From NCBI GenBank assembly GCA_003242515.2, contig QGUS02000002.1, positions 5,491 to 69,490 on the forward strand: DNA of 64,000 bases, in the 5' to 3' direction. Below the pieces are notes generated by a model, which did not search any database, was not told the DNA's origin, and worked only from the letters and a program-made list of their open reading frames with translations. Positions 34,539-47,771 of this stretch are shown piece by piece. This DNA is from Actinomycetes bacterium. GTDB taxonomy: Bacteria; Actinomycetota; Acidimicrobiia; Spongiisociales; ZC4RG35. Position numbers and translations under genes: made by a program. The stretch's first letter is position 1, and each line of letters begins with the position of its first letter.

Positions 34539-35290
34539 CCCTCGGGGCATTCCTCGAGGACCGGGCACCAGGAGCACCAGGGGCCCCCGTAGCGGTCGGC
34601 GTCCCCGCCCCGCTCCCAGGCCGTGCGCAGCGACGAGACCATCTCCGCCACCTCCTCCGCCACCGACCGGGCCGTCTCCCAGGTCGGGGTGTCCCGGTAG
34701 ACCTCCCCGCTGCGGACCGACAGCGCCTCCACGGCGGCCGGAAGCTCTCCACGGGCGAGCGCCCAGAGCATGGCGTAGAACCCCATCTGCGCCTCGGGAT
34801 CGTGCACGCCGCCCGTCTTCCAGTCGACGAGGCGCACGCCCCCATCGTCCTCGAACACGGCGTCGACCACGCCGACGAGGGTGATCCCGGCGTCGGGCAA
34901 GGGGTGCTCCAGTGACACCTCCCCCTCCCGGAACCCCCCGGCGGGGAGCATCCGGAACCGGCGGTAGAGGTCCCGGGCCTCATCGAACAGCGGCTCCAGG
35001 TCGGACATCTTCCTCAGGCCCGCCTCGGCCAGCCGGAACTTGAGGTTCGTGGACCCGATCTCCTGCCGGCACACCATCGCGAACTCCTCCTCCGGGATGG
35101 GCCCGTCGGTCAAGTGCCGCTTGAAGAGACGATGGGCGAGGCTGCCGGCGAACGAGTGCCTTGACTCCGGGGGATGGAGGCCCCGCAGCCGCGCCTCGGC
35201 GTTTCCCGGGCACCGCTTCCAGTTCTGGAACGTCGAAGCGGATATGCGGAGGGCGTCACCGGGGACGACCTCGGGGAAGACGAGATTCAT
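34511..35290 (-). CDS. Cas4/AddB-type PD-(D/E)XK nuclease with a 4-Cys cluster
   Basis: ATG at 35290 (MNLVFPE). First Cys in WKRCP. VDAVFE...RLVDWKTG (D..E/D-x-K). QMGFYAMLW (QxxxY). C-terminal CSWCPVLEEC. The remainder of the 740-aa track ORF is antisense to VanW. Confidence 0.7.
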   Translation of the reverse strand: MNLVFPEVVPGDALRISASTFQNWKRCPGNAEARLRGLHPPESRHSFAGSLAHRLFKRHLTDGPIPEEEFAMVCRQEIGSTNLKFRLAEAGLRKMSDLEPLFDEARDLYRRFRMLPAGGFREGEVSLEHPLPDAGITLVGVVDAVFEDDGGVRLVDWKTGGVHDPEAQMGFYAMLWALARGELPAAVEALSVRSGEVYRDTPTWETARSVAEEVAEMVSSLRTAWERGGDADRYGGPWCSWCPVLEECPEGQTASRLLD

Positions 35291-35386
35291 CGGAGGTGGA
35301 GCGTATATGCGGGAATCGACCGTTCCGCATGTCTCGACGGGGCAACTACCATCCGCGATCCACGGTCGATCCGGGCGACCGTCCTC

Positions 35387-37318
35387 ATGAACCGAAATCA
35401 CTTCCTGTTCCGCGTCCATCCTCTGCTCGCGGCCGTCACCGTGGTGGGGGCCGCGATGGCGTTGCTCCTGGCCTGCTACGGGCTGACCCGCTGGGCGTCC
35501 CAGGGCGAGGTGATGGGCCGGGTCGTGGTCGGGGACGTGCAGCTCGGCGGCCTCAAGGAGGCGGAGGTCGAGCGGGAGCTCGTCGACCTGCAGGAGCGGC
35601 TGCTCACCCGCCAGGCCACCTTCACCATCGGCGGCCGCCCGGTCACCCTCGACCCCACTTCGGCCGGTCTCAGCGTCGACGTCCAGGGAATGCTCGAGGA
35701 CGCCATGGCGGTCGGCCGGGAGGGCAACGCCATCTACCAGTTCCTCTGGTGGCTCAAGCACATCTTCTCCACCGTCGAGGTCCCCGTGCAGGGCAGCCTC
35801 GATCCCGGCGCCCTGGCGGCGGTCTTCGACGACTGGGACGCCCGGGTGATCGCCGAGCCGGCCAGCCAGGGGACCGTCCAGATCGTCGACGGCAAGCCGC
35901 AGCCCGTGTACCCGAGAACCGGCATCGGCGTGGACCGGGAGAAGGCGGCCCGGATCGTGGAGCAGGCGCTCCTCGACGTGGTGCCCGGGAACCACGACCT
36001 GCCGACCATGGTCATCGTCCCCTCGCTCACCGAGGAGGACATCGACCGCGCCGTGGCCGAGGCCGAGCGGCTGGTCGGGCAGCCGATCACCCTGGCGCAC
36101 GAGCGCGGATCCGTGCGGTTCACCCCGGCACAGCTCGCCGCCGCCTACCGGCCGGTGCTCGAGGACGGGACCGACCCGCACCTGGAGCACACCTTCGACC
36201 CGGAGGTGATCGACTCCTACCTCGACGAGGTGCGGAGCAAGTTCGAGGCGCCGCCCGTGAACGCCCGGTTCCGGATCGATGGCGACTCGATCTCCATCGT
36301 CCCCGGGCGCTATGGAACCCGAATCGACGAGGAGGCCACCGTCCAGGCCCTGCTCGAGGCCGGGCTCAGCGAGAGCCGCCGCGGCACGCTCCCCGTGGTG
36401 GAGGGCGCCCGGCCCGAGGTGACCTCCGACGACCTCGAGGCGCTCGACATCAGGCACCTGGTCGCCCAGTTCACCACCTACCACGCGTGCTGCGAGCCCC
36501 GGGTGACCAACATCCACCTGATCGCCGACGAGGTGGACGGCGTCATCGTCCGCCCCGGCGAGACCTTCTCGCTCAACGGGTACGTGGGCGAGCGGACCAC
36601 GGAACGGGGCTACGTCCCGGCGCCGACCATCGTGGGGGGCAAGCTCGAAGACACCGTGGGCGGCGGCGTCAGCCAGTTCGCAACCACGCTCTACAACGCG
36701 ATCTTCTGGGCCGGGCTGCAGGACGTGGAGCACTCACCCCACAGCTGGTACATCAGCCGCTATCCCGAGGGCATCGAGGCGACCGTCAACTGGACCCAGC
36801 CCGACCTGAAGTTCCGGAACAACACCAACAGCGCCATCCTGATCGACACCCAGTACACGAACACGTCGATCACCGTCCGGATCTTCGGCAACAACGACGG
36901 CCGTGTCATCAAGGGCGAGCACCGCTCCGGTGATGGCAGGTCGCGGATCACCGTCGTCAACGCCGGCGGCCCGAACGCCCGGGTGGTCGAGGCGACGGTG
37001 AGCGAGCGGCAGAACTTCCGTGAGCCGCCCGCCCCCCGGTATGAGGCCGACGCCTCGCTGGGTGTGGACCAGACCGTGACCGTCCAGTCGCCGGCACAGG
37101 GATGGACGGTCGTGGTGACGCGACGGATCCTGGTGGGCGGCCAGGAGGTCGAGAAGCAGACCTGGAACGTCGTCTACCGGCCGCAGCAGGCCATCTACCG
37201 GGTGCATCCGTGCAAGGTGCCCGGGACCTCCACGGCGTGCCCGACCACCACCACGTCGCCGCCCCCGTCGACGCCACCGCCGAGCGAAGGCGGTGGTGGT
37301 GGCGGCGACGGGGACTGA
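35387..37318 (+). CDS. VanW/YoaR-family protein (membrane anchored)
   Basis: ATG at 35387. N-terminal TM helix. VanW core FSLNGYVGERT...GY..AP.I..G......GGGVSQFATTLYNA. Thr/Pro/Gly-rich C-terminal tail. Confidence 0.8.
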   Translation: MNRNHFLFRVHPLLAAVTVVGAAMALLLACYGLTRWASQGEVMGRVVVGDVQLGGLKEAEVERELVDLQERLLTRQATFTIGGRPVTLDPTSAGLSVDVQGMLEDAMAVGREGNAIYQFLWWLKHIFSTVEVPVQGSLDPGALAAVFDDWDARVIAEPASQGTVQIVDGKPQPVYPRTGIGVDREKAARIVEQALLDVVPGNHDLPTMVIVPSLTEEDIDRAVAEAERLVGQPITLAHERGSVRFTPAQLAAAYRPVLEDGTDPHLEHTFDPEVIDSYLDEVRSKFEAPPVNARFRIDGDSISIVPGRYGTRIDEEATVQALLEAGLSESRRGTLPVVEGARPEVTSDDLEALDIRHLVAQFTTYHACCEPRVTNIHLIADEVDGVIVRPGETFSLNGYVGERTTERGYVPAPTIVGGKLEDTVGGGVSQFATTLYNAIFWAGLQDVEHSPHSWYISRYPEGIEATVNWTQPDLKFRNNTNSAILIDTQYTNTSITVRIFGNNDGRVIKGEHRSGDGRSRITVVNAGGPNARVVEATVSERQNFREPPAPRYEADASLGVDQTVTVQSPAQGWTVVVTRRILVGGQEVEKQTWNVVYRPQQAIYRVHPCKVPGTSTACPTTTTSPPPSTPPPSEGGGGGGDGD

Positions 37319-37322
37319 TCCC

Positions 37323-37709
37323 CTACTCGGCCGCCGCTTCGGCCTCTGTGGCCTCGTCCACCCCGGCAGGCTCTCCAGGGGCGCCGTCGGCCCCCGGGGC
37401 GTCCGGGTAGTACCGCAGGAACAGACGGGTGGCCTCGGTCACCTGGCCCTTCGCGGACTCGTCCCAACCCGAAGGACGCCGGATGGTCACCTGGTTCTGG
37501 AGGACGTAGACGTGGTCGATGCCCAGCCCCAGGTCGAAGAGCTTGGTCGCGAGCAGCCCGGGCATGCCGGTCCCGGGGTGCGCGGGGCTGATTGCCTGGC
37601 CGTCCTGGCCGGTGAGGCTTCGATTGATGTCGAGGAGCAGGATGTCACCCAGCTCCTTCATCTGCCGTATCTCGACGTTCTGACCCATTGGCCGGGGATC
37701 GTAACTCAC
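37323..37709 (-). CDS. Small protein, possible Nfu/NifU N-terminal-like domain
   Basis: The GTG at 37709 overlaps the pyk stop (GTGA); ATG 37688 is an alternative. LLATKLFDLGLGIDHVYVLQNQVTIRRPSGWDE resembles the Nfu_N pattern LA..LF...gV..Vf...n.iTV.k...W. Acidic tail. Confidence 0.4.
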   Translation of the reverse strand: MSYDPRPMGQNVEIRQMKELGDILLLDINRSLTGQDGQAISPAHPGTGMPGLLATKLFDLGLGIDHVYVLQNQVTIRRPSGWDESAKGQVTEATRLFLRYYPDAPGADGAPGEPAGVDEATEAEAAAE

Positions 37710-39133
37710 CGGCCGAGCTGACCGGAAGGCTCGCCGATCCGGTGCACCTTCACCAGGTTGGTCGATGCCTTCACGTTCGGCGGCACGCCCGCCACCATCA
37801 CCACGACCTCGCCGGTCGAGACGACGCCCTCGCCCTCCAGGAGCTTGGCGGCCTCGCTCATCTCCTCGTCGGTCGATCCCCTCCGGTCAAACGGGTGGGG
37901 GGTGACGCCCCAGTAGAGGGCCATGCGGTTCCGCGTGCTCTCCGACGGGCTGAACGCGTAGATGCGGCGCTCCGGGCGGTACTTGGAGATTAGGCGGGCG
38001 GTGGATCCCGTCTCGGTGAAGGCGACGATGTACCTGGCGCCCACGTTCCGGGCCACCTGGGCGGCGGCCTGGGCGACGGCGGACGCGACGTCGTTCTCGT
38101 CGGCCACGAACGGCACCGGCCCGGCGCCGGGCAACGTGCCCTCCTCCACCGTCCGGCAGATGCGGGCCATGGTGGCGACGGTCTCGACCGGATAGGCGCC
38201 GACCGCGGTCTCGCCCGAGAGCATCACGGCGTCGGTGCCGGACATGACGGCGATGGCCACGTCGGTCACCTCGGCGCGGGTGGGCCTCGGGCTGTGGGTC
38301 ATCGACTCGAGCATCTCGGTGGCGGTGACGGTGAGCCGACCCTGGGCGTTGGCCCGGTCGAGGATGTCACGCTGGATCAGGGGCAGGCGCTCGAGCGGCA
38401 TCTGCACGCCGAGGTCGCCACGCGCGACCATGACGCCGGCGGAGGCGGAGATGATCTCGTCCAGGTTCTCGAGCGCCCTGGCCAGCTCGATCTTGGAGAT
38501 GACGGGGACGTCGCCGGCGAGCGCCTTCACGGCCTCCACGTCCCCGCGGGTGCGGACGAAGGAGGCGGCGACGTAGTCAACCCCCAGCCTCCGGCCGAAC
38601 TCGAGATCGGCCTCGTCCTTGGGGGTGACGTTGGAGGTGGCGAGGACGCTGTCGGGGAAGGAGACACCCTTGTGGTCGGAGAGGATGCCGGGCGTCGTGA
38701 CGACTGCCTTGAGCCGCTCGCCGTCGGAGTCGGTGACCTCCAGCTCGATCAGTCCGTCGGCGAGGATCACCCGGTGCCCGGGCTTGACGTCGCGGCCCAG
38801 CCCCTCGTATCCAATAGGGATGCGCCCGGGGCCGCCCTCCCAGGCGTCGTTGAAGAGCTCCACCTCGGCGCCCCGTTCCAGGGACACCTCTCCGGCGGGG
38901 AACACCCCGACGCGGATCTTCGGCCCCTGGATGTCCTGGATGACGGCGACGGGGCGCCCGGCCGCGGCCGCGGCGTCCCGCACCCAGCCGATCAGCCTGC
39001 CGTTGGACTCGTGGTCGCCGTGTGAGAAGTTGATCCGGGCGGCATCCATGCCGGCCTGGACGAGGGCCGCGATCCGGTCCGGAGAGGCGACCGCGGGCCC
39101 CAGCGTGGCGATGATCTTCGTCTGGCGATGCAC
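37706..39133 (-). CDS. pyk: Pyruvate kinase
   Basis: GTG start. [37 protein letters not shown]. Confidence 0.9.
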   Translation of the reverse strand: MHRQTKIIATLGPAVASPDRIAALVQAGMDAARINFSHGDHESNGRLIGWVRDAAAAAGRPVAVIQDIQGPKIRVGVFPAGEVSLERGAEVELFNDAWEGGPGRIPIGYEGLGRDVKPGHRVILADGLIELEVTDSDGERLKAVVTTPGILSDHKGVSFPDSVLATSNVTPKDEADLEFGRRLGVDYVAASFVRTRGDVEAVKALAGDVPVISKIELARALENLDEIISASAGVMVARGDLGVQMPLERLPLIQRDILDRANAQGRLTVTATEMLESMTHSPRPTRAEVTDVAIAVMSGTDAVMLSGETAVGAYPVETVATMARICRTVEEGTLPGAGPVPFVADENDVASAVAQAAAQVARNVGARYIVAFTETGSTARLISKYRPERRIYAFSPSESTRNRMALYWGVTPHPFDRRGSTDEEMSEAAKLLEGEGVVSTGEVVVMVAGVPPNVKASTNLVKVHRIGEPSGQLGR

Positions 39134-39142
39134 GCCGCCAAC

Positions 39143-40591
39143 TTAACCGTCGGAGCCGACGGCCTCTCTGATCAGCTCGTTGACCAGACGCGGGTCGGCC
39201 TTGCCGCCGGTCTCCCGCATCACCTGGCCGACGAGGAAGCCGATGACCTTGTCCTCGCCGGAGCGCAGGCGCTCGACGGCGTCCGGGTTGGCGTCGAGCA
39301 CGCGGCGCACCGCGCCCTCCAGGGCGCCCCGATCGGAGACCTGCACCAGGTCCCTGGCCTCGGCGACCTGCCTGGGCTCGCCCTCCCCGGCGAGCACGCC
39401 TTCCAGGACCTCCTTGGCGGCCGTGGCGGAGACCACTCCCTCGTCGACGAGGGCGATCAGCGCCGCCAGCCGCTCCCCCGTCAGCTCCGCGGGCTCGGTG
39501 TCGGTGCGGCGCATCCAGGCCGTCACCTCGCCGGTGAGCCAGTTGAAGGCGGCGAGCGCCGGGGCGCCCGCGGCCACGGCCTCGTCGAAGAGGTGGCGGA
39601 TGGTCCTGGCGGAAGAGGACAGCATGGCCGCCGCCTTCGGGTGGAGCCCGAGCGTGGCGTACCGCTTCCGGCGGGCCTCCGGCAGCTCCGGGAGGGAGGC
39701 GCGGATCTCCTCCACCCAGGAGGGCGGGACCACCAGCGGGACGAGGTCGGGGTCGGCGAAGTAGCGGTAGTCGGAGGAGCCCTCCTTGGTCCGCATCGAT
39801 TGCGTCTCCCCAGCCTCCTCGTTCCAGTGCCGGGTCTCCTGGACGATCTGCTGGCCCGCCTCCACCGCCGCGATCTGGCGGCGGATCTCGTAGTCGACGG
39901 CCCGCTCCAGCGACCGGAACGAGTTCATGTTCTTGATCTCGACCTTGGTGCCCAGCGTGTCGGACCCGGCGGGCCGGATGGAGATGTTGGCGTCGAAGCG
40001 GATCGACCCCTCCTCGAGCCGGGCGTCGGAGACCCCCAGCTCGGCCACGATGGCGCGCAGCTCCTGGGCGTAGGCACGGGCCTCGGCGGCGCTGCGGATG
40101 TCCGGCCGGGAGACGATCTCGACCAGCGGCACGCCGGACCGGTTGAAGTCGAGCAGCGTCTCGGAGGCCGAGTGGATGCGGCCGCCGTCGCCGACATGGG
40201 TGGACTTCCCGGTGTCCTCCTCCATGTGGGCCCGCTCGATGCCGATCCGGCGGGTCTCACCGTCGAGCTCGATCTCGAGGTAGCCGTCACGGCAGACGGG
40301 CACGTCGAACTGGCTGACCTGATAATTCTTGGGCAGGTCGGCGTAGAAGTAGTTCTTGCGGTGGAAGACCGACCGCTCGGTGATCTCGCAGTTGAGCGCG
40401 AGGCCGATGGCCACGATGCCCTCGATCGCTTTCCGGTTGGGGACCGGCAGGGCACCGGGCAGGCCGAGGCACACCGGGCAGATGTTGGTGTTGGGCTCGG
40501 CGCCGAAGTCGACGGCGCACCCGCAGAACATCTTCGACCGCGTCGAGAGCTCGACGTGGGTCTCGATGCCGATGACCGCTTCCCAACTCAT
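39143..40591 (-). CDS. gatB: Asp/Glu-tRNA amidotransferase subunit B
   Basis: [21 protein letters not shown] and C-terminal GatB/YqeY domain. ATGA overlap with gatA. Confidence 0.95.
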   Translation of the reverse strand: MSWEAVIGIETHVELSTRSKMFCGCAVDFGAEPNTNICPVCLGLPGALPVPNRKAIEGIVAIGLALNCEITERSVFHRKNYFYADLPKNYQVSQFDVPVCRDGYLEIELDGETRRIGIERAHMEEDTGKSTHVGDGGRIHSASETLLDFNRSGVPLVEIVSRPDIRSAAEARAYAQELRAIVAELGVSDARLEEGSIRFDANISIRPAGSDTLGTKVEIKNMNSFRSLERAVDYEIRRQIAAVEAGQQIVQETRHWNEEAGETQSMRTKEGSSDYRYFADPDLVPLVVPPSWVEEIRASLPELPEARRKRYATLGLHPKAAAMLSSSARTIRHLFDEAVAAGAPALAAFNWLTGEVTAWMRRTDTEPAELTGERLAALIALVDEGVVSATAAKEVLEGVLAGEGEPRQVAEARDLVQVSDRGALEGAVRRVLDANPDAVERLRSGEDKVIGFLVGQVMRETGGKADPRLVNELIREAVGSDG

Positions 40592-42054
40592 CCGGCCACC
40601 ACCGGGATCTCGGGACGGGCGTCGAAGCCGGCGAGGCGCTCCACCTCGGCGGCCACCCGGAACATGACCTCCTCACCGAGCGACGGGGCCATCACCTGCA
40701 TGCCGATGGGCAGGCCCAGCTGATCGAGGCCGATCGGCACGGACATGGCCGGGTCGCCGGCGAGGTTGGACGGGATCGTGCAGATGTCGGAGAGGTACAT
40801 GGCGAGCGGATCGTCGAGCCGGGCGCCGGCCGGGAAGGCCACCGTCGGGCTGGTGGGCGAGACGAGGGCGTCCACCTGTGCGTAGACCCGGGCGAGGTCG
40901 GCCCGGATGGCCGCCCGCACCCGCTGGGCCTGCCCGTAGAAGGCGTCGTAGTAGCCCGCCGAAAGGGCGTAGGTGCCGAGGAGGATCCGGCGGGTGACCT
41001 CCGGTCCGAAGCCCTGGCCGCGGGTCCTCGCCATCATCTCCTCGGTGGTCTCGCCGTCCACCCGGAGGCCGTACCGGACGCCGTCGAAGCGGGCCAGGTT
41101 CGATGAGGCCTCGGCAGGGGCGATCAGGTAGTAGGCGGAGAGGGCGATCTCGAACGAAGGCAGGGAGACCTCCACGATCTCCGCACCCTGGCGGGCCAGG
41201 CCCTCCACCATGGCAGCCACGGCCTGCTCCACGGCGAGCTCGTAGCCCTCCCCGGAGAGCTCCTTCACGACGCCGATGCGGAGGCCGTCGACGCCGGCGT
41301 CGAGCGACCGCCGGACCTGCGGGTACTCCCCGGCATAGGAGGTGGAGTCCTTCGGGTCGTGCCCCCAGATCGCCTCGAGGAGCAGGGCGGCGTCCTCGAC
41401 GGTGCGGGTGATGGGGCCGATCTGGTCGAGGGAGGAGGCGAAAGCGATGAGGCCGTACCGGCTCACGGTGCCGTAGGTCGGCTTGACGCCGACGGTGCCG
41501 GTGAGGGCGGCGGGCTGGCGGATGGAGCCGCCGGTGTCGGACCCGAGGGCGCCGAGAGCGGACCCCGCGGCGACCGCCGCGGCGGAGCCGCCCGACGAGC
41601 CGCCCGGGACCCGGGTGATGTCCCACGGGTTGAAGGACGGCCCGTATGCGGAGTTCTCCGTGGAGGAGCCCATGGCGAACTCGTCGAGGTTGGTCTTGCC
41701 GACGATCACGGCGCCGGCCTCGCGGAGCCGGCTCACGACCGTCGCGTCGTAAGGGGGGATCCACCCGGCGAGGATCTGCGAGGCGCAGGTCGTCTCCATG
41801 CCCCTGGTGCAGAGGTTGTCCTTCAGGGCGATGGGGATCCCGTGCAGCGGGCCCCGGTCGTTGCCCGCGGCCAGGTCGGCGTCGGCGGCCTCGGCGGCGA
41901 CCCGGGCACCGTCGTGGTCGATGTTGAGATAGGCGTGGAGCTGCGCCTCGGTCATCTGGGCGCGCTCCAGCACGCCGTCGAGGAGGTCGGCGGCGGTGAG
42001 GGAGCCCTCCCGGAGCGCGCGGGAGGCAGCGGCGATGGTGTCGGGGATGCTCAT
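40588..42054 (-). CDS. gatA: Asp/Glu-tRNA amidotransferase subunit A
   Basis: Amidase signature [14 protein letters not shown] and [15 protein letters not shown] overlap with gatC. Confidence 0.95.
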   Translation of the reverse strand: MSIPDTIAAASRALREGSLTAADLLDGVLERAQMTEAQLHAYLNIDHDGARVAAEAADADLAAGNDRGPLHGIPIALKDNLCTRGMETTCASQILAGWIPPYDATVVSRLREAGAVIVGKTNLDEFAMGSSTENSAYGPSFNPWDITRVPGGSSGGSAAAVAAGSALGALGSDTGGSIRQPAALTGTVGVKPTYGTVSRYGLIAFASSLDQIGPITRTVEDAALLLEAIWGHDPKDSTSYAGEYPQVRRSLDAGVDGLRIGVVKELSGEGYELAVEQAVAAMVEGLARQGAEIVEVSLPSFEIALSAYYLIAPAEASSNLARFDGVRYGLRVDGETTEEMMARTRGQGFGPEVTRRILLGTYALSAGYYDAFYGQAQRVRAAIRADLARVYAQVDALVSPTSPTVAFPAGARLDDPLAMYLSDICTIPSNLAGDPAMSVPIGLDQLGLPIGMQVMAPSLGEEVMFRVAAEVERLAGFDARPEIPVVAG

Positions 42055-42338
42055 TGCTCCAGGGCAGGAGGGACGACGAAGAACCCGTCACGGCTCTCGG
42101 GTGCGGCCGCCAGGACCTCGTCCCGGTCGAGGGACGCCGCCACCTCGTCGTCGCGGAACACGCCCTCGATGCCGAGGCCGTGGACGGAGCCGACCTCCGG
42201 CTCACCCTCGAGGGCCTGGACGCGGGCGGCGTGCTCGAGGATGACCCCGAGCTGGCTGCGGTAGGTCTCCATCTCCTCGGGGGTCAGCTCGAGGCGAGCC
42301 AGACGCGCCACATGGGCGATGTCGATGTCGACGGGCAC
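42051..42338 (-). CDS. gatC: Asp/Glu-tRNA amidotransferase subunit C
   Basis: GTG at 42338 ([22 protein letters not shown]). 95 aa. The longer track ORF is an over-extension. Confidence 0.8.
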   Translation of the reverse strand: MPVDIDIAHVARLARLELTPEEMETYRSQLGVILEHAARVQALEGEPEVGSVHGLGIEGVFRDDEVAASLDRDEVLAAAPESRDGFFVVPPALEQ

Positions 42339-42388
42339 GGCGGCGATTGTATTGCCGGGCCGGAGGTTGGTCTCCGCTTTGTCCCCGG

Positions 42389-42889
42389 TCAGGCCCCGAC
42401 CTCCTCCAGGGCGCCCGTGTCGACCCGGTACACGAAGCCCCTGATGCGGTCCCGGTGCGGGACGAACGGGTCCTCGCGGAGGCGGCGCAGGGAGCGGGCG
42501 ACGGCCTCGTAGGGGTCGGAGAACGAGTGAAGCTCCCATGCCGGCCGGAGACCGGTCTCGGTCTCGAGGGCGGCGAGGAACGACGGCTCGTCCACCTTCT
42601 CCAGGCCGCAGTCGGTGTGGTGGACGAGGATGACCTCCCTGGTGCCGAGCAGCCGCTGGCTGAGGCAGAGGGATCGCACCACGTCGTCGGTGACGACGCC
42701 CCCGGCGTTCCGGATCACGTGGGCCTCTCCCTTGCCCAGGCCGAGCATGGCGAAGATGTCCATGCGGCTGTCCATGCAGGCGACGACGGCGAGCCGGAGC
42801 CGGGGCTGGACCGGGAGGCCGGCGTCGGCGAAGCGCTCCTGGTAGGCCCGGTTGTTGGCGAGCAGGCGGTCGGCGTGCGGTCCGCTCAC
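42389..42889 (-). CDS. Beta-class carbonic anhydrase
   Basis: GTG at 42889 overlaps the dapE stop (GTGA). Zinc-ligand motifs CMDSR and HHTDCG. Confidence 0.8.
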   Translation of the reverse strand: MSGPHADRLLANNRAYQERFADAGLPVQPRLRLAVVACMDSRMDIFAMLGLGKGEAHVIRNAGGVVTDDVVRSLCLSQRLLGTREVILVHHTDCGLEKVDEPSFLAALETETGLRPAWELHSFSDPYEAVARSLRRLREDPFVPHRDRIRGFVYRVDTGALEEVGA

Positions 42890-43917
42890 TCCAGCACCTC
42901 GGTGAGCGCGGCGTAGGCCCACTCGAGGTCGTCGATGCGCACCGACTCGCCCGGCTTGTGGGCGAGGGCGGTCTCGCCCGGCCCGAAGTTGATCGCGGGC
43001 ACACCGCGGGCGGCCAGCTGGGCGACGTCGGTCCAGCCCTGCTTGTGGGCGATCGTGGTGTCGGCGGCGACCACCAGGCGCTCGAACAGCGGGTGGTTCA
43101 CCGCCGGGTAGGCGGCCGGGGCGGCGTCGGAGACCTCGAAGCCATCGGCGGCGGCACAAACCGATCGGAGGTGCTCGATGGCCTCTTCGGTCGTCCGGTC
43201 CGGGGAGAACCGGTAGTTCACGTTGAGCTCGAAGCGGGCGGGGATCACGTTGTTGGCCACTCCGCCCTGGGCCCGGGTCACCGAGATGACCTCCTTGAAC
43301 GGCAGGCCCTCGATCTCGTGGAGCTCGGGCTGCCGGGCGTCCATCTCGGCGAGGAAGCCGGCGGCCTTGGTGATGGCGTTGCGGCCCTGCCAGGGCCGGG
43401 CGGAATGAGCCGCCTCGCCCTCGAACCAGACCCGGGCGTTGACCACGCCCTGGCACCCGGCGTGCACCTCGCGGTTGGTCGGCTCCATGACGATGGCCGC
43501 CTCGGCCTCGACCAGGTCGGGGTGGGCGTCGAGGATCGGGGCGAGCTGGTTGCCGGAAAGCGATCCCTCCTCGCCGGCGTAGAAGACCCCGACCACCCTG
43601 TCGGTGCCGAGGTCCTCCAGGACATGGATCATGACGGCCAGTCCGCCCTTCATGTCCGTCGCCCCGAGGCCGTGGACCCGGTCCCCTTCGATCCTCGCCC
43701 CCGGCTCGCCTTGCAGCGGCACCGTGTCGGTGTGGCCGACGAGGAGCACCTTCCCGGGAGCGGGGTCGCCGATCACGACCGAGTCCAGCACCGCATGGAC
43801 GGGGGCCTTCCCCCTGAAGCGCTCGGAGATGGCGGCCTGGATCTGCTGCTCCTGGCCGGTGGGCGAGGGGATGTCGACCAGCCAGACGAGGGTGTCGACG
43901 AGAGAGGACGCGGACAT
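42886..43917 (-). CDS. dapE: Succinyl-diaminopimelate desuccinylase (M20 peptidase)
   Basis: [30 protein letters not shown] and M20 dimerisation-domain pattern. Divergent from dapD. Confidence 0.8.
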   Translation of the reverse strand: MSASSLVDTLVWLVDIPSPTGQEQQIQAAISERFRGKAPVHAVLDSVVIGDPAPGKVLLVGHTDTVPLQGEPGARIEGDRVHGLGATDMKGGLAVMIHVLEDLGTDRVVGVFYAGEEGSLSGNQLAPILDAHPDLVEAEAAIVMEPTNREVHAGCQGVVNARVWFEGEAAHSARPWQGRNAITKAAGFLAEMDARQPELHEIEGLPFKEVISVTRAQGGVANNVIPARFELNVNYRFSPDRTTEEAIEHLRSVCAAADGFEVSDAAPAAYPAVNHPLFERLVVAADTTIAHKQGWTDVAQLAARGVPAINFGPGETALAHKPGESVRIDDLEWAYAALTEVLE

Positions 43918-43980
43918 GCGCGGAACGGTACCGCCCCCGCCGGGCGGCCCAAGCCCGGGGCGGGGCTAGCCTGCCGCCTC

Positions 43981-44880
43981 GTGACCAGATTCACGGCAAC
44001 AGGCATCGCAACCCTCTCCGCAGAGAAGGTCCTCGACGTCTGGTACCCGGACCCCACCTCCACCGACGCCTCGGCCGTCTCCGACCTGGTCGGGGAGGAC
44101 CCGGTGCGCGGGGTGACCCGGAAGGTGGTCACGGTCACCGTCGACACCGAGACGGCCCCGGCCTCTCCCGAAGACGCGTACCTGCGGCTGCACCTGCTGT
44201 CGCACCGGGTCTGCAGGCCGAACGAGATCGCGATGGACGGGATATTCGGGGTGCTCAACAACGTCGTCTGGACCTCCGATGGCCCGTGCGACCCGGACCG
44301 GTTCCCCGCCGTGAAGGCCCGGCTCATGGCCGAGGGCAGGCACCTCACCGTCCACAGCGTCGACAAGTTCCCCCGGATGCTCGACTACGTGGTCCCGTCG
44401 GGCGTGCGCATCGCCGACGGCGCCCGGGTGCGTCTCGGCGCCTACCTGGGCGAGGGGACGGTGGTGATGCACGAAGGGTTCGTGAACTTCAACGCCGGCA
44501 CCCTGGGCACCTCCATGGTGGAGGGCCGGATCTCCGCGGGTGTGGTGGTCGGCGACGGCTCCGACATCGGCGGCGGAGCCTCGATCATGGGGACGCTGTC
44601 CGGCGGCGGCAAGGAGAAGGTCAGCATCGGGGAGCGCTGCCTCCTGGGCGCCAACTCCGGCATCGGCATCTCCCTGGGCGACGACTGCGTGGTCGAGGCC
44701 GGCCTCTACGTGACCGCCGGAACGGTCGTCACCCTCCCCGACGGGAAGACCGCAAAGGCGCGTGAGATGTCGGGGATCTCCGGCATGCTGTTCCGGCGCA
44801 ACTCGGTGACCGGCGCGGTCGAGGCCCTGCCCCGGGAAGGCTCCTGGGGCGGCCTCAACGAGGCCCTCCACAAGAACTGA
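43981..44880 (+). CDS. dapD: Tetrahydrodipicolinate N-succinyltransferase (actinobacterial type)
   Basis: GTG at 43981. [11 protein letters not shown], then hexapeptide repeats ([24 protein letters not shown]...[16 protein letters not shown]). Confidence 0.8.
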   Translation: MTRFTATGIATLSAEKVLDVWYPDPTSTDASAVSDLVGEDPVRGVTRKVVTVTVDTETAPASPEDAYLRLHLLSHRVCRPNEIAMDGIFGVLNNVVWTSDGPCDPDRFPAVKARLMAEGRHLTVHSVDKFPRMLDYVVPSGVRIADGARVRLGAYLGEGTVVMHEGFVNFNAGTLGTSMVEGRISAGVVVGDGSDIGGGASIMGTLSGGGKEKVSIGERCLLGANSGIGISLGDDCVVEAGLYVTAGTVVTLPDGKTAKAREMSGISGMLFRRNSVTGAVEALPREGSWGGLNEALHKN

Positions 44881-44980
44881 GGCACGGTCGGCCCGGTGGC
44901 GCTCGGGCCCCGCGGCCCCTGTACCGGTATCCGGTGGGGCGGCCGTCCGCCCGGAGAACCTTCCCCCGTCGACTGCACCG

Positions 44981-45412
44981 ATGGAGGACAAGGGGACGGG
45001 GGCAACTACGGTTGGAGCCATGCCGTACCGGCTGATCTATCTGGGGCTCGCGCTGTTGGGAGCCGCCGCGATCATCTTCGGTTTCCTCTTCTACAAGGAG
45101 GGCCAGCCCGCCGAGTACCCGGGCGCCCTCGTGTCCGTGCACCCCGCCCCCGGATCGATGGTCCCGCCGCAGACCGTCCTCGAGGTGGTGCTCCCCGTCG
45201 GCTACAAGGCGCAAATCTGGGTGGACGGGTGGCCCATCACCGATTTCACCTTCGTCGACGCCACCGGCGTCCACCGCTGGGCGCCCTCCCCGTCCAACCC
45301 CAACATCCAGTCCTGGTCCAACGGGACGCACCGCGTCCGGATCACCTGGGACACCTACGCCGGGCTACCCGACCCCGGGGAGTACGAGTGGGACTTCCGG
45401 GTCGGCGGCTGA
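44981..45412 (+). CDS. Hypothetical membrane-anchored small protein
   Basis: High GC3. One TM helix (LIYLGLALLGAAAIIFGFLF) followed by a ~90-aa beta-rich domain. The start is ATG 44981 or 45020. Confidence 0.45.
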   Translation: MEDKGTGATTVGAMPYRLIYLGLALLGAAAIIFGFLFYKEGQPAEYPGALVSVHPAPGSMVPPQTVLEVVLPVGYKAQIWVDGWPITDFTFVDATGVHRWAPSPSNPNIQSWSNGTHRVRITWDTYAGLPDPGEYEWDFRVGG

Positions 45413-45413
45413 G

Positions 45414-47546
<2,133 letters not shown>

Positions 47547-47548
47547 TC

Positions 47549-47713
47549 ATGCCCGTCCGAAGGAGCAAGGACTCGAAGGGCCCCTACTACCGCTGGGGCG
47601 ACTCCGGGAAGAAGTATCACTACGAGCCCGGGAACGCGAAGAGCCGGGAGCAGGCGAGGTCAAAGGCCGAGAAGCAGGGCCGCGCCGCGCGAGCGGCCGG
47701 CTACGAGGGCTGA
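47549..47713 (+). CDS. 54-aa basic small protein (absent from the ORF track)
   Basis: GAAAGGAGG lies 5 nt upstream of ATG 47549. MPVRRSKDSKGPYYRWGDSGKKYHYEPGNAKSREQARSKAEKQGRAARAAGYEG*. 49 of 53 third positions are G/C. Confidence 0.6.
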   Translation: MPVRRSKDSKGPYYRWGDSGKKYHYEPGNAKSREQARSKAEKQGRAARAAGYEG

Positions 47714-47771
47714 CGGGTTTCCCCCCACCCCTGCAGGGGTAGGTACCCCACCTACGAACGAGGAGTTCACC

